From NCBI GenBank assembly GCA_963745035.1, contig CAVUVW010000021.1:224001-288000 (forward strand): DNA of 64,000 bases. Reading direction: 5' to 3'. Below the pieces are notes generated by a model. The model was not told where the DNA came from, did no database searches, and worked only from the letters and a program-made list of their open reading frames with translations. The first letter of the stretch is position 1. Every line of letters begins with the position of its first letter. Position numbers and translations under genes: made by a program. This stretch comes from an uncultured delta proteobacterium. Its GTDB lineage: Bacteria > Desulfobacterota > Binatia > UBA9968. Shown in pieces: positions 29,808 to 40,335 of this stretch.

Positions 29808-31095
29808 ATGAAATCATTCCAGCTTTCGATCTTTTTTGTCGCCGGAGTGCTGCTTTGCAGCCCGGTTCTTGGCTTTGCCCAGCCGGCGGAGCCGGCATTG
29901 TCGCTGGCGAAGAAAGAAAAGCCGGCGCTGCTCGAAACGCTGCGGGAGCTGGTCTCGATCGAAAGTGGGAGCCGTGACTATGAAGGACTGAATAAACTGG
30001 CCGCACTGATCGCCGGACGTTTGCAAGCACTCGGCGGCAAGGTGGAGCTGATCGAGCCGCGCGACGTCTACAAAATGGAGGACACGCCGGAGAAGATCGG
30101 TAAGATGGTGCGCGCGACCTTCACCGGCGAGGGTTCCAGAAAAATTCTTCTGATCGCGCACATGGACACGGTGTATCCGCGCGGCATGCTCGCCAAGCAG
30201 CCGTTTCGGGTCGAAGGCGATCGCGCCTACGGCCTGGCTATCGCCGACGACAAGCAAGGAATCGCGGTGATCCTCCACACCTTGGCAATCCTGCAGGCGA
30301 TGAAGTACCGGGATTACGGCGCCGTGACGGTTCTCGTCAACGCCGACGAGGAGATCAGCTCGCCCGGCTCGCGCAGCCTGCTGGCGAAACTGGGCGCGGA
30401 ACATGACGCGACGTTTTCCCTGGAAGCGTCGCGCGCGGAGTCCGACAAAATTTCTCTGGCAACCAGCGGCATCGCCGCGATCACCCTCACGGTTAAAGGC
30501 CGCGCAGCGCACTCGGGCCAGGCGCCGGAGAAGGGAGTCAATGCGCTTTACGAGCTGGCGCATCAGGTGTTGCAGACCCGGGAGTTTTCCAATCCCGCGG
30601 TCGGCTTGAAGATGAACTGGACGCTCGCGAACGCGGGCACGACGCGCAACATGATTCCGCCCAGCGCGCAAGCGATCGCCGACGTGCGCGTGCTGCGCAG
30701 CGCCGACTACGACGAGATCGAAAAGAAAGTGCGCGAGGCGGTCAAGAAGCAACTGCTGCCCGACGCCAAGGTCGAGATGACCTTCGAGCGCCGGCGGCCG
30801 CCGCTGGAAGCGACCGCGGCGTCGCGCGCGCTCGCAAAGCATGCGCAGTCGATCTACCGCGAGCTTGGCAAGGAGTTGGTCGTGGACGATATTCCCGAAG
30901 GCGGCGGCACCGACGCCGCGTTCGCCGCGCTACACAGCAAAGCTCCCGTGATCGAGCGACTCGGCCTGCAGGGATATGGCGCCCATTCCGGCGATGCGGA
31001 GTATGTGCTGCTCGACTCTATCGAGCCGCGTCCTCTACCTGCTCGCTCGCCTGATTATGGATGTTGCTCAAGGCAAAGTCGCGCCCGCGCGCTGA
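29808..31095 (+). CDS. M20 glutamate carboxypeptidase (CPG2-like); frameshift near 31031
   Basis: AHMDTV, ADDKQG, DEEISS, GGGTD, GAHS; corrected end LYLLARLIMDVAQGKVAPAR*. Confidence 0.88.
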
Positions 31096-31158
31096 ATCGG
31101 CAGTCGCCGGGAACGCGCGGCTCTTTTCTTGGTCCGGGAATTTGGCTAAGGCTAACCG

Positions 31159-31827
31159 ATGAAAAAATTCAGCGCGCAACTCAGGCGCGGCAGCGGGCGC
31201 ATCTGGCGCGCGATCGAAAATCATCCATTTCTCCGCGAGCTTCATGCCGGCAGCCTGCCGATGAATCGCTTCACGTACTTCATCCTGCAGGATTACGTTT
31301 ACCTCCTCGATTTCGCCCAGGTGCTTTGCCAGGGCGGAGCCAAGGCGCCGGATCTGAAGACGTTGGAAATGTTCGCGCGCCACGCCATCGGCGCGGTCGA
31401 GGTGGAACGGAGCTTTCACGCGAGCTTCGGAAAGACTCTCGGCTTATCGCAAAGAGCATTGGACGCAGTGCCGAAGGGGCCGGCGACCGAGGCTTACATC
31501 GGCCATCTCCAATCCGTCGCGCGCGGCGGCAGCCTCGGCGAATTGGTGGCGGCGGTTTTGCCCTGTTACTGGATCTACGGCGAGGCGGGGCGGCGTTTGT
31601 ACAAAGGACGGCCGCGCACGCCGAAGATTTACCGCAAGTGGATCGAGACCTACGCCGGCGAGGCATTCTGGCGACTCGTGCGCGAACAGATTCGCTTGAT
31701 GGACAGCCTTGGCGCGGCGGCGAGCGGGCGCGAGAGAAAACTCATGGCCGCGCATTTCATGCTCAGCAGCCGCTATGAGCTCATGTTCTGGGAGCAGGCG
31801 TACCGGTTACAGAGTTGGCCTGTGTAG
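31159..31827 (+). CDS. tenA: Thiaminase II
   Basis: HPFL.EL..GSL, ILQDY.YL, LPCYWIY, YE.MFW motifs. Confidence 0.9.
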   Translation: MKKFSAQLRRGSGRIWRAIENHPFLRELHAGSLPMNRFTYFILQDYVYLLDFAQVLCQGGAKAPDLKTLEMFARHAIGAVEVERSFHASFGKTLGLSQRALDAVPKGPATEAYIGHLQSVARGGSLGELVAAVLPCYWIYGEAGRRLYKGRPRTPKIYRKWIETYAGEAFWRLVREQIRLMDSLGAAASGRERKLMAAHFMLSSRYELMFWEQAYRLQSWPV

Positions 31828-31836
31828 CTGCAAGCA

Positions 31837-31895
31837 GGTCGAGGATGGAGAATCGAGGATCGATTCGATCTTTCATCCTCTATCCTCGATCCTCG
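31837..31895. repeat. Heptamer-built palindromic repeat, copy 2
   Basis: ggtcgaggatggagaatcgaggatcg...catcctctatcctcgatcctcg; same start as copy 1. Confidence 0.65.
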
Positions 31896-32290
31896 GCTCG
31901 TCCGAGCGATCCCGTCTTGCGGAGCCGCGCGGCGGCCATGTGGCCTAAGCCGATCGTTGCAACGCCTAGCGCCAGATGCGCGACCTCAACGATCCAATGA
32001 AAAGGGCCGATCAGCAGCGCCGCTTGATAGAAGCCCAGCAGTAAGGTGAGCGCGCCGACGATGAGCGCGCACGCGGCCAGGGTCCAGCTTCCGCCCGGCG
32101 CGCCGGCTTGGGCAAAGCCGATGGTCCAGAGCGCGGCAACCGCCAGGATGCCGAGCAGCATGTGTAGCGACATGAGCTCAAGCGCCAAGCCCAGCCAGAA
32201 CAGCGCGCCGGAGACAAGCGCCAGCACTCCCGCCAAAGTCAGAACAGCGGATGCGATACGGATGACCATAGCGGTGATGTGATCAAGCAA
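31880..32290 (-). CDS. Hypothetical 4-TM membrane protein with His residues
   Basis: Four hydrophobic helices; LHMLLG, HWIVEVAHL. Confidence 0.7.
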   Translation of the reverse strand: MLDHITAMVIRIASAVLTLAGVLALVSGALFWLGLALELMSLHMLLGILAVAALWTIGFAQAGAPGGSWTLAACALIVGALTLLLGFYQAALLIGPFHWIVEVAHLALGVATIGLGHMAAARLRKTGSLGRAEDRG

Positions 32291-32335
32291 GCGGACGGCT
32301 TTTTTCAGTCGGCAGCCGTCTCGAACGGCGGAAAG

Positions 32336-32644
32336 TTATAGTCCCTGCTTGGCGTACTCGCAGCGGGGGCAAACCCGCGGCGAGCTATTGGCCAGAACCG
32401 GCCAGCCGCATTCGTTGCAGTTCACCACCGGTTCGCCAAGCATGCCGCGCACTAACGAGCCGCAGCGCCGGCCGCCGCATGGGCCGGTGCCGACGCCGGT
32501 GCGCTTGCTCACCTGCTCGAACGTCTTGGCGCCGGCCTGAATCGCTTTGACCACGGTGCCCTTGCGGATTTTATTGCACAAGCAGGCCGGCTTGAGATTT
32601 TCGATGACCGCCTGCTCGCGGGTTTTTTGTTCCAGTTCGTCGAT
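32336..32644 (-). CDS. Bfd-like [2Fe-2S] protein with C-terminal zinc ribbon; start uncertain (possibly ATC)
   Basis: CLCNKI...GTGPCGGRRC, then CNEC...CPRC. Confidence 0.75.
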   Translation of the reverse strand: MDELEQKTREQAVIENLKPACLCNKIRKGTVVKAIQAGAKTFEQVSKRTGVGTGPCGGRRCGSLVRGMLGEPVVNCNECGWPVLANSSPRVCPRCEYAKQGL

Positions 32645-32706
32645 AGCGAGTCCCGTCCTTTGCGGTGAAATCTCCTCTACTTTAGCACACTCGCGCGTGA
32701 AACAAA

Positions 32707-33696
32707 TTAGCGCGCGGCGACGACGAGCGATGAGGTGAGCGGCGGCGGCAGATCGATTTGCCGGGTGCGGGTCAAGCCGGCGCGCTCCAGCCAGCTCTTG
32801 ATCTCGCCGAAACTGTAACAGCGCCCGCCGTCGGTGGTGAGCAGCATAAGCAAACTGAAGATCGCGCCGACCGCCGGGTTGGCGTGGCTCTCGTCCAAAA
32901 TATGATCTTTGATCACTATCGAACCGGCTGGTTTGAGATTTCCCGCGAGCTTGCCGATGAGCGCCTGGTTGCGGCTGGAATTTTCGCCGTGGATGATGTT
33001 CGAGAGAAAAACCGCATCGAACTCTCCCGGTATCGGATCCTTTCGATAGTCGCCGGCAACCAGATCGATGCGGCCGGCCAAGCCGGCTTCGCGCACGTAG
33101 CGCGCGGTGATTTCCAAAGTGCCGGGCAAGTCGAAAATCGTCGCGTGCAGGCGCGGGAAGCGGCGGCAGAGCGCGATCGGATAGGTGGCGGGGCCGGAGC
33201 CGACGTCGAGCAGCGCGCGGACGTTTTGCCAATCGAAGGCTTCGGCCACGGCGTCGGCATCGCCGCGCGCTTTCACCAGCGAGTCCATCGCGTCTATGAA
33301 AACCGCGGTTTCCCGCGCGTCTTCCTGGTACATATCGGGACGGCGCGCCGGCTTGCCGGTGCGCAGCGCCTCGGGCAACTTCGTCCACCACTGCCATGTT
33401 GCTTCTTCGAAGAGAATCATGCCGCCGACGTAGCGCGGCGAGGCCTTGAGCAAATAGAGCCTCGCCGCTTCCGATAAAGAAAAGGTTTGCGCGTGTTTCT
33501 CGAGGAGCGTTAGCGCGGCGAGGGCGTTGAGCAGCAGCTCGGCGGCTGTGGGATCGAGCTGGAGTTGTGCGGCGACCGCTTCGGCGCTTTGCGGCGCGTT
33601 TTCCAGGGCTTCGAAAACTCCCAATGCCACGGCCGTCTGCACGATCCGCGCCTCGGCATGGCCGCCGACGATGCTCATGAGCTCGGAAAAATTCAT
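32707..33696 (-). CDS. SAM-dependent O-methyltransferase (dimerisation plus Methyltransf_2)
   Basis: LDVGSGP, FDLP, AGDY, SNIIH motifs. Confidence 0.9.
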   Translation of the reverse strand: MNFSELMSIVGGHAEARIVQTAVALGVFEALENAPQSAEAVAAQLQLDPTAAELLLNALAALTLLEKHAQTFSLSEAARLYLLKASPRYVGGMILFEEATWQWWTKLPEALRTGKPARRPDMYQEDARETAVFIDAMDSLVKARGDADAVAEAFDWQNVRALLDVGSGPATYPIALCRRFPRLHATIFDLPGTLEITARYVREAGLAGRIDLVAGDYRKDPIPGEFDAVFLSNIIHGENSSRNQALIGKLAGNLKPAGSIVIKDHILDESHANPAVGAIFSLLMLLTTDGGRCYSFGEIKSWLERAGLTRTRQIDLPPPLTSSLVVAAR

Positions 33697-33729
33697 CAGT
33701 GCGTCCGGCGCTATCGTTGTCAGAGCGGA

Positions 33730-35175
33730 TTAAAGCCGCTCGATGATTCGATAGCTGCGGCTCTTGGGCTTGAGCGGCGCGACGATGCCGGTCTTTACCA
33801 TCAGGCGGATCTCGCGGTATGCCGTGTCGCGATCGACTTCGGCGATGCGCTCATACTCCGAGGTGGAGAAAGTCTTGCCGTGACAATACGCGTAGGCGAG
33901 CAGGCGGCGCTGGCGCGGACTGACTTGCGCCGCGCCGAATTGGTTGAGCCAGTGCAGGGTCGCTTCGTCGTAAACCGGCGCGTTGCGCAGGGTGACCGTA
34001 AAGACAAAGCCTTCGAGCGACAGCTCGGGAGGATGAAGCCCGTAACCCTCCATTTCCCGAAACATGCGCGGCACGCCTTCGCCCATCTCGCGCAGATAGC
34101 CGAGATCGGCAAGTACGCGGACGATCAGCGGATTACGCGAAAAATGCAGGCTTTTCTGCCGGCGCAGCTGGTCGAGGGTGACTGGCGCCGGCGGCGCTCC
34201 CGGGCTGCGCACGCTGATATGGTCGTCGAACATCCAGACTTCGATGGACGCGCCGCTGAGATCGTAGTCGCGGTGCGCTACGGCGTTCACCAGGGCTTCC
34301 TGCCAGGCGAAAGTCGGGTATTCGAGGCGTTCGCGGAAAAACAGATCGTGCAAGATCGTGCGCTCGCGGATGTGCTCTTTGATCCGGCCCACCGCTTCGT
34401 CGATCAGGCGCACGAGCGGCGCCTCGAAGCGAATGCGCTTGACGACGTTGAGCGAGCTGCCGTGATGGCGCTCCGCGCCTTCGTATTTGACGAAGTCGAT
34501 GCCGGCGCGCGGATGCCAGCGCGTCAGGTCCTTGGCGAACAGCAGGAGCGCGGCCATGTTGGGCGCGGGCAAGCCGCGCGAGTGATCGAGCAGGTGATAG
34601 GTCTGACTCAAGGCCGCTTGCGCATCCTTGCCGGGCTGGACCTTGTCGACGAACGCCTGCACCAGGTCGAGATCGAGGTCGAACCAGGTCGCGTTGAGCG
34701 CTTGGCGGCGCTCGTAGAAGACGCTTTTCTTCGACTCCTTGAGCGCATGAATCTGATCGGCGGGAAGAGAAACGGTTTCGCTGGCGATACGGTAAAAGGA
34801 GCGGCCGCCCGCGATGCGATAAATCTCCAAGCCCGAGGCGACTTCGAACTTCAGGAGCTGCAAGTTGCCCAAGCGAACTTTTTCGCAGGAGGGATGGAGC
34901 TGGGGGCGGAGCAGATTCTGCGGCGCCTGCATGAACGCGTGCAGCTCGTCGGCGTCGTGCGGGATTCCCGTGACGCTCTTGTCCGGCTCGACGCCGACCA
35001 GGACCGTTCCGCCGTCGGCATTGGCCATGCCAGAAAGCACCCGGACGATTTCCCGAGCCAGATCTTCCTCGCGCTTTTTCTGCCCGGCGGCGCGGCGATA
35101 CTCGTGGGCGCTGATGAATTCGAGAAACTGCCCGCGCTCCTGCTTGAGCAGGAGCCCGATTTCTTCCGCTTGCAT
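33730..35175 (-). CDS. AlbA_2 (Schlafen-like) / HATPase_c_4 / HTH protein
   Basis: ERGQFLEF, MANADGG.V.VGV, EALVNAVAHRDY, SRNP, GEGV, C-terminal HTH. Confidence 0.85.
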   Translation of the reverse strand: MQAEEIGLLLKQERGQFLEFISAHEYRRAAGQKKREEDLAREIVRVLSGMANADGGTVLVGVEPDKSVTGIPHDADELHAFMQAPQNLLRPQLHPSCEKVRLGNLQLLKFEVASGLEIYRIAGGRSFYRIASETVSLPADQIHALKESKKSVFYERRQALNATWFDLDLDLVQAFVDKVQPGKDAQAALSQTYHLLDHSRGLPAPNMAALLLFAKDLTRWHPRAGIDFVKYEGAERHHGSSLNVVKRIRFEAPLVRLIDEAVGRIKEHIRERTILHDLFFRERLEYPTFAWQEALVNAVAHRDYDLSGASIEVWMFDDHISVRSPGAPPAPVTLDQLRRQKSLHFSRNPLIVRVLADLGYLREMGEGVPRMFREMEGYGLHPPELSLEGFVFTVTLRNAPVYDEATLHWLNQFGAAQVSPRQRRLLAYAYCHGKTFSTSEYERIAEVDRDTAYREIRLMVKTGIVAPLKPKSRSYRIIERL

Positions 35176-35242
35176 AATGTTTGTCGTAGATCCGAGCGGA
35201 CGAGCCGAGCCGGTTCCTGGCTTTACTCCTCAGATAACTTCC

Positions 35243-36388
35243 TCAGGTCGCCGCATTCAAGCGCAAGACTTCGAGCACGATCCGCGCTGAAAGATGAAGA
35301 TCGTTCAAGTCGAGCCATTCGTTAACCGTGTGGATCTCGCGCATGCCCGTCGATAAATTCGCCACCACCAGGCCTTTTTGGTTGAGCACGTTGGCGTCGC
35401 AGCCGCCGCCCGTGGCCTGGGTCTTTACGTCCAGACTCAGATTCTTCGCCGCGGCATGGACGAGCTTGACGATAGCCGCGCTGTCGGGCACTTCCATGCG
35501 GTCGTAGTCGCGCTCGATCTTGGACTCGACCTCCGCGCTATGGCGCTTGCCGTCGAGATCCAGAAAATGGCCGGCGGCGGCTTCTTCGAGGCTGCGCTTC
35601 ATGTGCTCGGTCTGGCGCTCGAGCTTCTCGGCGCTATGGCTGCGCGCCTCGCCACGCAGGACGACCTGATTGGGCACGATGTTCACGGCCATGCCGCCTT
35701 CCACGACGCCGATGTTGGCCGTGGTCTCATGATCGATGCGGCCCAGACGCATGCGCGCGACGCCCTCGGCAGCGACCTGGATCGCGTTGATGCCCCTTTC
35801 CGGGCACATGCCGGCGTGGGCCTCGAGCCCGCGCACGCGAAACTCCATGCGATTTTTCGCCGGCGCCTTGGTGAAAAGAAATCCCACCGAGTCGCTGTCG
35901 AGCACCAGACCGGTGCGCGCGCGCAGGCGGCTTACGTCGAGGCACTTGGCGCCGATCAGACCTGCTTCTTCGCAGATCGTAAAAACCACATCGACGTCGC
36001 CGCACGGCAAATGGTTTTCCTTGACGACGCGCAGAGCCTCGCAGATGATCGCGACGCCGCTCTTATCGTCGCCGCCGAGCACGGTGCGGCCGTCGGTGCG
36101 CAGAATGTCGCCGTCGCGAATCGGTCGGATGCCTTCGCCCGGCACGACGGTATCCATGTGGGCGGAAAGGAGCAGGGGCGGGGCGCTCGCCACGCTGCCG
36201 GGAAAGTGCGCGATCAGGTTGCCGACGTTGCCGCCGACTTTCTCGCCGGCGTCGTCGATAAAAATCGCGGCGCCGAGCTCTTCCATTTCACGCTTCAGGC
36301 GCAACGCCACGTCGCGCTCGCGGCGCGACAGGCTGTCGATTTGAATGAGCTCGATGAGCAGATTGTTGAGTCGTTCGTGCTGGATCAA
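35243..36388 (-). CDS. M20 peptidase T-like protein
   Basis: SAHMDTV, GGDDKSG, CEEAG, GGCDAN, IHT motifs. Confidence 0.9.
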   Translation of the reverse strand: MIQHERLNNLLIELIQIDSLSRRERDVALRLKREMEELGAAIFIDDAGEKVGGNVGNLIAHFPGSVASAPPLLLSAHMDTVVPGEGIRPIRDGDILRTDGRTVLGGDDKSGVAIICEALRVVKENHLPCGDVDVVFTICEEAGLIGAKCLDVSRLRARTGLVLDSDSVGFLFTKAPAKNRMEFRVRGLEAHAGMCPERGINAIQVAAEGVARMRLGRIDHETTANIGVVEGGMAVNIVPNQVVLRGEARSHSAEKLERQTEHMKRSLEEAAAGHFLDLDGKRHSAEVESKIERDYDRMEVPDSAAIVKLVHAAAKNLSLDVKTQATGGGCDANVLNQKGLVVANLSTGMREIHTVNEWLDLNDLHLSARIVLEVLRLNAAT

Positions 36389-36546
36389 AACGAAAACCTC
36401 GCTGTTCTCGGCAATCGAGCGGTGCGATCTTTCGCGACCGCGTTACCTCGGACTCGGGCTCAATCTGCCATAGTTGCCGGCCAAGGCCAAGCGAAAATCG
36501 ACCGTGCTAAAGGGACAAGTTCAGCGTGTGAGAAAGCGCGCCCGCG

Positions 36547-37434
36547 TCAAAGCCGGCCGTGGTCGAGCAGGGTCAGCAAACCGGTAAATTCCAACTCGGC
36601 AAACAAGCCGCGCAGTTTTTCCACATGAAAGCTGGTGCGCCGGAGACCATCGAGGCCGACCGCCAGCGGCGCATCTTTTCTGATGGTGGCGAGATCGCGG
36701 CTGAGAAACGCCGCGTCGCGGCCGCCTGCGAGAGTCCCGCGCAGCCGCGCCGCGCCGCGCAGGCGCAATGCCGCGACCTCGTCGAGGCGGTCATAGAGAT
36801 TCTCCAACGTATCAAACTGCTGAATCAAAGCGATGGCGGTTTTGGTGCCGATGCCGCGAACGCCCGGAATATTATCGACAGGATCGCCCATCAAACCCAT
36901 GACCTGAACAACCCGATCGGGACTGACCCCGAATCTGGCGTGAACGTCGACGGTGTCGATCCAGCGGTTCCTCGCGCTATCGAAAAGCTGAATTCTTCGA
37001 CCCACCAGCTGCATGAAATCCTTGTCGCTGGAAACGACGACGATGTCGCAGTCCTGTTGCGCCAGCGTCGCGCAGATGGTCGCAATCAAGTCGTCGGCTT
37101 CGTAGCCCGGCATTTCGAAAAAGGGCAGGTTGAGGCATTCCAGCAAGCGGCGCAGGTAGGGGAGTTGGGCCGTAAGGGCGGGCGGACGCTCGGGGCGGTT
37201 GCCTTTGTAGCCCGCGAACATTCGATGGCGAAAGGTTTCCCTGCCTGCATCGAACACGACTGCGGCGTATTCCGGCTGGTGTTGCTTGAACAGCCTCAGC
37301 AGCAGGTGGAGAAAGCCGAATACGGCGTGGGTGGGCAAGCTGGCGGAATGATCCAGCGGCGGAATGCCAAAGAACGCGCGGAAAACATACGAGCTGCCGT
37401 CGATCAGAAACAGGCGGGGACGCGGCGTGGTCAC
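36547..37434 (-). CDS. Stand-alone 5'-3' exonuclease/flap endonuclease (PolA N-terminal-like)
   Basis: LIDGSSY.FRAF, YKGNR, EADD, SDKD, GDPVDNIPGV.GIG.KTA. Confidence 0.9.
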   Translation of the reverse strand: MTTPRPRLFLIDGSSYVFRAFFGIPPLDHSASLPTHAVFGFLHLLLRLFKQHQPEYAAVVFDAGRETFRHRMFAGYKGNRPERPPALTAQLPYLRRLLECLNLPFFEMPGYEADDLIATICATLAQQDCDIVVVSSDKDFMQLVGRRIQLFDSARNRWIDTVDVHARFGVSPDRVVQVMGLMGDPVDNIPGVRGIGTKTAIALIQQFDTLENLYDRLDEVAALRLRGAARLRGTLAGGRDAAFLSRDLATIRKDAPLAVGLDGLRRTSFHVEKLRGLFAELEFTGLLTLLDHGRL

Positions 37435-37551
37435 AGTGCTGTCGATCGAGTTCGTTTCAACATTCTCATGAGTTGCTCGACGGCGCTTTACAACGATGCC
37501 GATCCGAGCACGAAACTTGCGGCCTCGTCATGCCCGTCATTTTGCAGCGGG

Positions 37552-38973
37552 CTAGGAAGGACGCCGCGCAAACGTGTGGGTTGCCGTGCCGTAGAACGAT
37601 TCGGCCGCTTCCATGAGCGTTTCCGACAGAGTCGGATGGGGATGCACCGACTCGGCCAAGTCGCGCGCGGTGGCGCCCATCTCGACCGCGAGCACGCCTT
37701 CGCCGATCAACTCGCCGGCGCCGACGCCGGCGATGCCGACGCCGAGAATTCTCTCCGACTCGGGCTCAATGATCAGCTTGGTCAAACCGTCGGGCCGATC
37801 CAGGGTGAGCGCGCGGCCCGAAGCGCCCCATAGGAACTTGGCGACTTTGACCTCGATGTTTTTGGCCTTTGCTTCGGTTTCCGTCAGACCGCACCAGGCG
37901 ACTTCCGGGTCCGTGTACACCACGGCCGGAATCACTACGTTTTCGAAGGCGCTGTGCTTCTCCGAGCATCGCTTCGACGGCGATACGCGCCTCCTTGGAC
38001 GCGCGGTGCGCGAGCAGGGCGCCGCCGTTCACGTCGCCGATGGCGTAGATATTCGGGTCTTCGGTCTGCTGCTGGGCGTTGCACTGGATGAAAGCCCTTG
38101 TCGTCTTTGGTGACTTTGGTATTTTCCAGTCCGAGATCGGCGAGATTCGGCGCGCGCCCGACGCTCACGAGAACGCGATCGTAGAGCTCCTCGCGCGGCT
38201 GCTTGTCGATCTCCATGGTCACTTTGATCTGTTTGCCGGCGGTGGCCATCTTCTGCACCTTGGTGTTGACGCGGATTTCTTTGAAGGCCTTTTGCGCGGC
38301 GCGCATCACCGGGCGGGCCAGATCGGGATCGACGCCGGCGAGAATCGAAGGCAAGGCTTCCAGCACCACGACGTTGCTGCCGAGGGCGGCATACACGGTG
38401 CCGAGCTCCATGCCGATATAGCCGCCGCCGACCACCAGCAGGTCATGCGGAATGTCGGGAAGCTCCAACGCCTCGGTGGAGGTCATGACCCGTTTGTTGC
38501 CGAGATCGAAAGCGTTGGGCATCGCCGGCTTGGAGCCGACCGCGATTATCGCCTTTTCATAGCGGATGAACTTTCTGTCCTTCGCTGGTCTCGACGCGCA
38601 GCGTTTGCGAATCTTCGAAGTGGCCGCGGCCGTGCACGACCTGAACGCCGCGCTGCTTGCGCGAGGCCGGCGATCCCCTGGCCGAGTTTCTCGAGAATCG
38701 ATTCCTTCCAGTGCGCGCAGCTTGTCGAGATCGACCTTCGGCTGGCCAAACTCGATTCCCCGGTGCGCCGATTCCTTGGCTTCGCGCAAAACCGCAGCGG
38801 CATGGAGCAGCGCCTTGGAAGGGATGCAGCCGACGTTCAGGCAGATGCCGCCGAGCCGCGGGATTCTGCTCGACCAGAGTGACTTTCTTGCCCCTGTCCG
38901 CGGCATAAAACGCGGCGGCGTAGCCGCCGGGCCCGGCGCCAAGAACGACGATTTCGGTGGTGATCGGTTCCAT
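37552..38973 (-). CDS. lpdA: Dihydrolipoyl dehydrogenase (E3), several frameshifts
   Basis: [34 protein letters not shown] spread across frames. Confidence 0.9.
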
Positions 38974-38981
38974 AAAGAAAA

Positions 38982-40305
38982 TTACTTGAGCTTCACGTCC
39001 GCTTCGTCGAAGGCTTCGAGCCCGGCGATCACGTCCTTGAGGAACCGCACCGCGTCGGCGCCGTCCAGAACGCGATGATCGTAGGCGAGGCAGAGCGGCA
39101 GGATCGTTCGAATGGCGATTTTCCCGTCGATCGCGACCGGCTTCGCTTGACCTTGGCCGACGCCCAGGATGGCCACTTGGGGCGCATAAATGATCGGCGT
39201 GAAGTGGCTGCCGCCGATGCTGCCTTGGTTGGAAATCGTGAACGTGCCGCCTTGGAGCTCTTCGATGGCAATTTTACGTTGGCGGGTTTTCTCGGTGAGC
39301 GCGTGCAGCTCTTCGGAAAGCTGCAAAAGATTTTTCTGATCGACGTCGCGCAACACCGGCACGATCAGTCCGCCTTCGGTGTCGACGGCGACGCCGATGT
39401 GGCAGTAGTCTTTGTAGATGATCTCCAGACGTCGCTTCGTCCATGCTCGCATTGGCGCGCGGATGTTTTTTGAGCGCGCGCCCGAGAACCAGCAGCAGAA
39501 ATGCGGTGAGCGTGAGACGCGCGCCTTTTTTTTCGTAAGCTGGCCGCGTGCTTCTTGCGCAGCGCCAGCAGGGCGGTGATATCGGCGTCGGCGAATTGAT
39601 TGATCTTGGGAATCGTCGTCCACGACTCCACCATGCGCCGGCTCACGGTGCGCCGGAGCGGCGACATCTTTTCGCGCCGCACCGGTCCCCATTTGCTGAA
39701 ATCGATCGCTTCGGTGAGCGGCTGCGGCAGGACGCCGCTGCAGGTTGCGCCGCCGCGCCCGGAGCTGGGCCTGGCCGGCAATTTCTTGCAGTCGCTGAAT
39801 GTACGCGCGCACGTCGGCGAGATTGATTCGGCCGCCGGCCTCGCTGCCGCGGACTGCGCGTAAGATCGATGCCGAGCTCGCGCGCGATTTTGCGCATCGA
39901 CGGCGGAGCCGGAGGCGGCGCGCCGCTCTTGGATTCGTAGCGATAATCGTTCGGCGCTCTTACCGGCGCGGCTCGGCGCTGCGGCGAGGAGCTCGAGGCT
40001 TGGCGTGCCGGCGTTGGCTCTCGGGTGCGCTCGCCGCGGCTGAGTGTTTCGCCGCAGTGCGCCGCCGCGCCGCCGGCTTTCGATGCGAGATCAGCACTTG
40101 GCCGACGCTGACCTCCATGCCCTTGCTTGACATGAATCTTCGTGACGACGCCGGCGCTCGGCGCCGGAATCGAGCCCACCGCCTTCTGGGTTTCGAGCTC
40201 CATGATCGGCTGGTCTTTTTTGACTTCCTGGCCTTCGGCGACCAGAATATTGACGACCGTGCCGCCCTCTACACCTTCAGCGAGCTGGGGAAGTTTGACG
40301 TCCAT
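38982..40305 (-). CDS. aceF: Dihydrolipoamide acetyltransferase (E2), several frameshifts
   Basis: Lipoyl ETQKA, GGTFTISN.G, YDHRVLDGA motifs across frames. Confidence 0.88.
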
Positions 40306-40335
40306 GAAGAGAATGCGCTGCTGTCTATGCGTGAT

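Noticed and set aside
29808-31778. 656-aa carboxypeptidase with a long extension overlapping tenA
   Set aside because: Artefact of a single-base frameshift near 31031; the natural C-terminus is in another frame ending at 31095
32336-33397. 353-aa ORF as a long Bfd fusion
   Set aside because: Its N-terminal part overlaps the methyltransferase out of frame; only the last ~100 aa are credible
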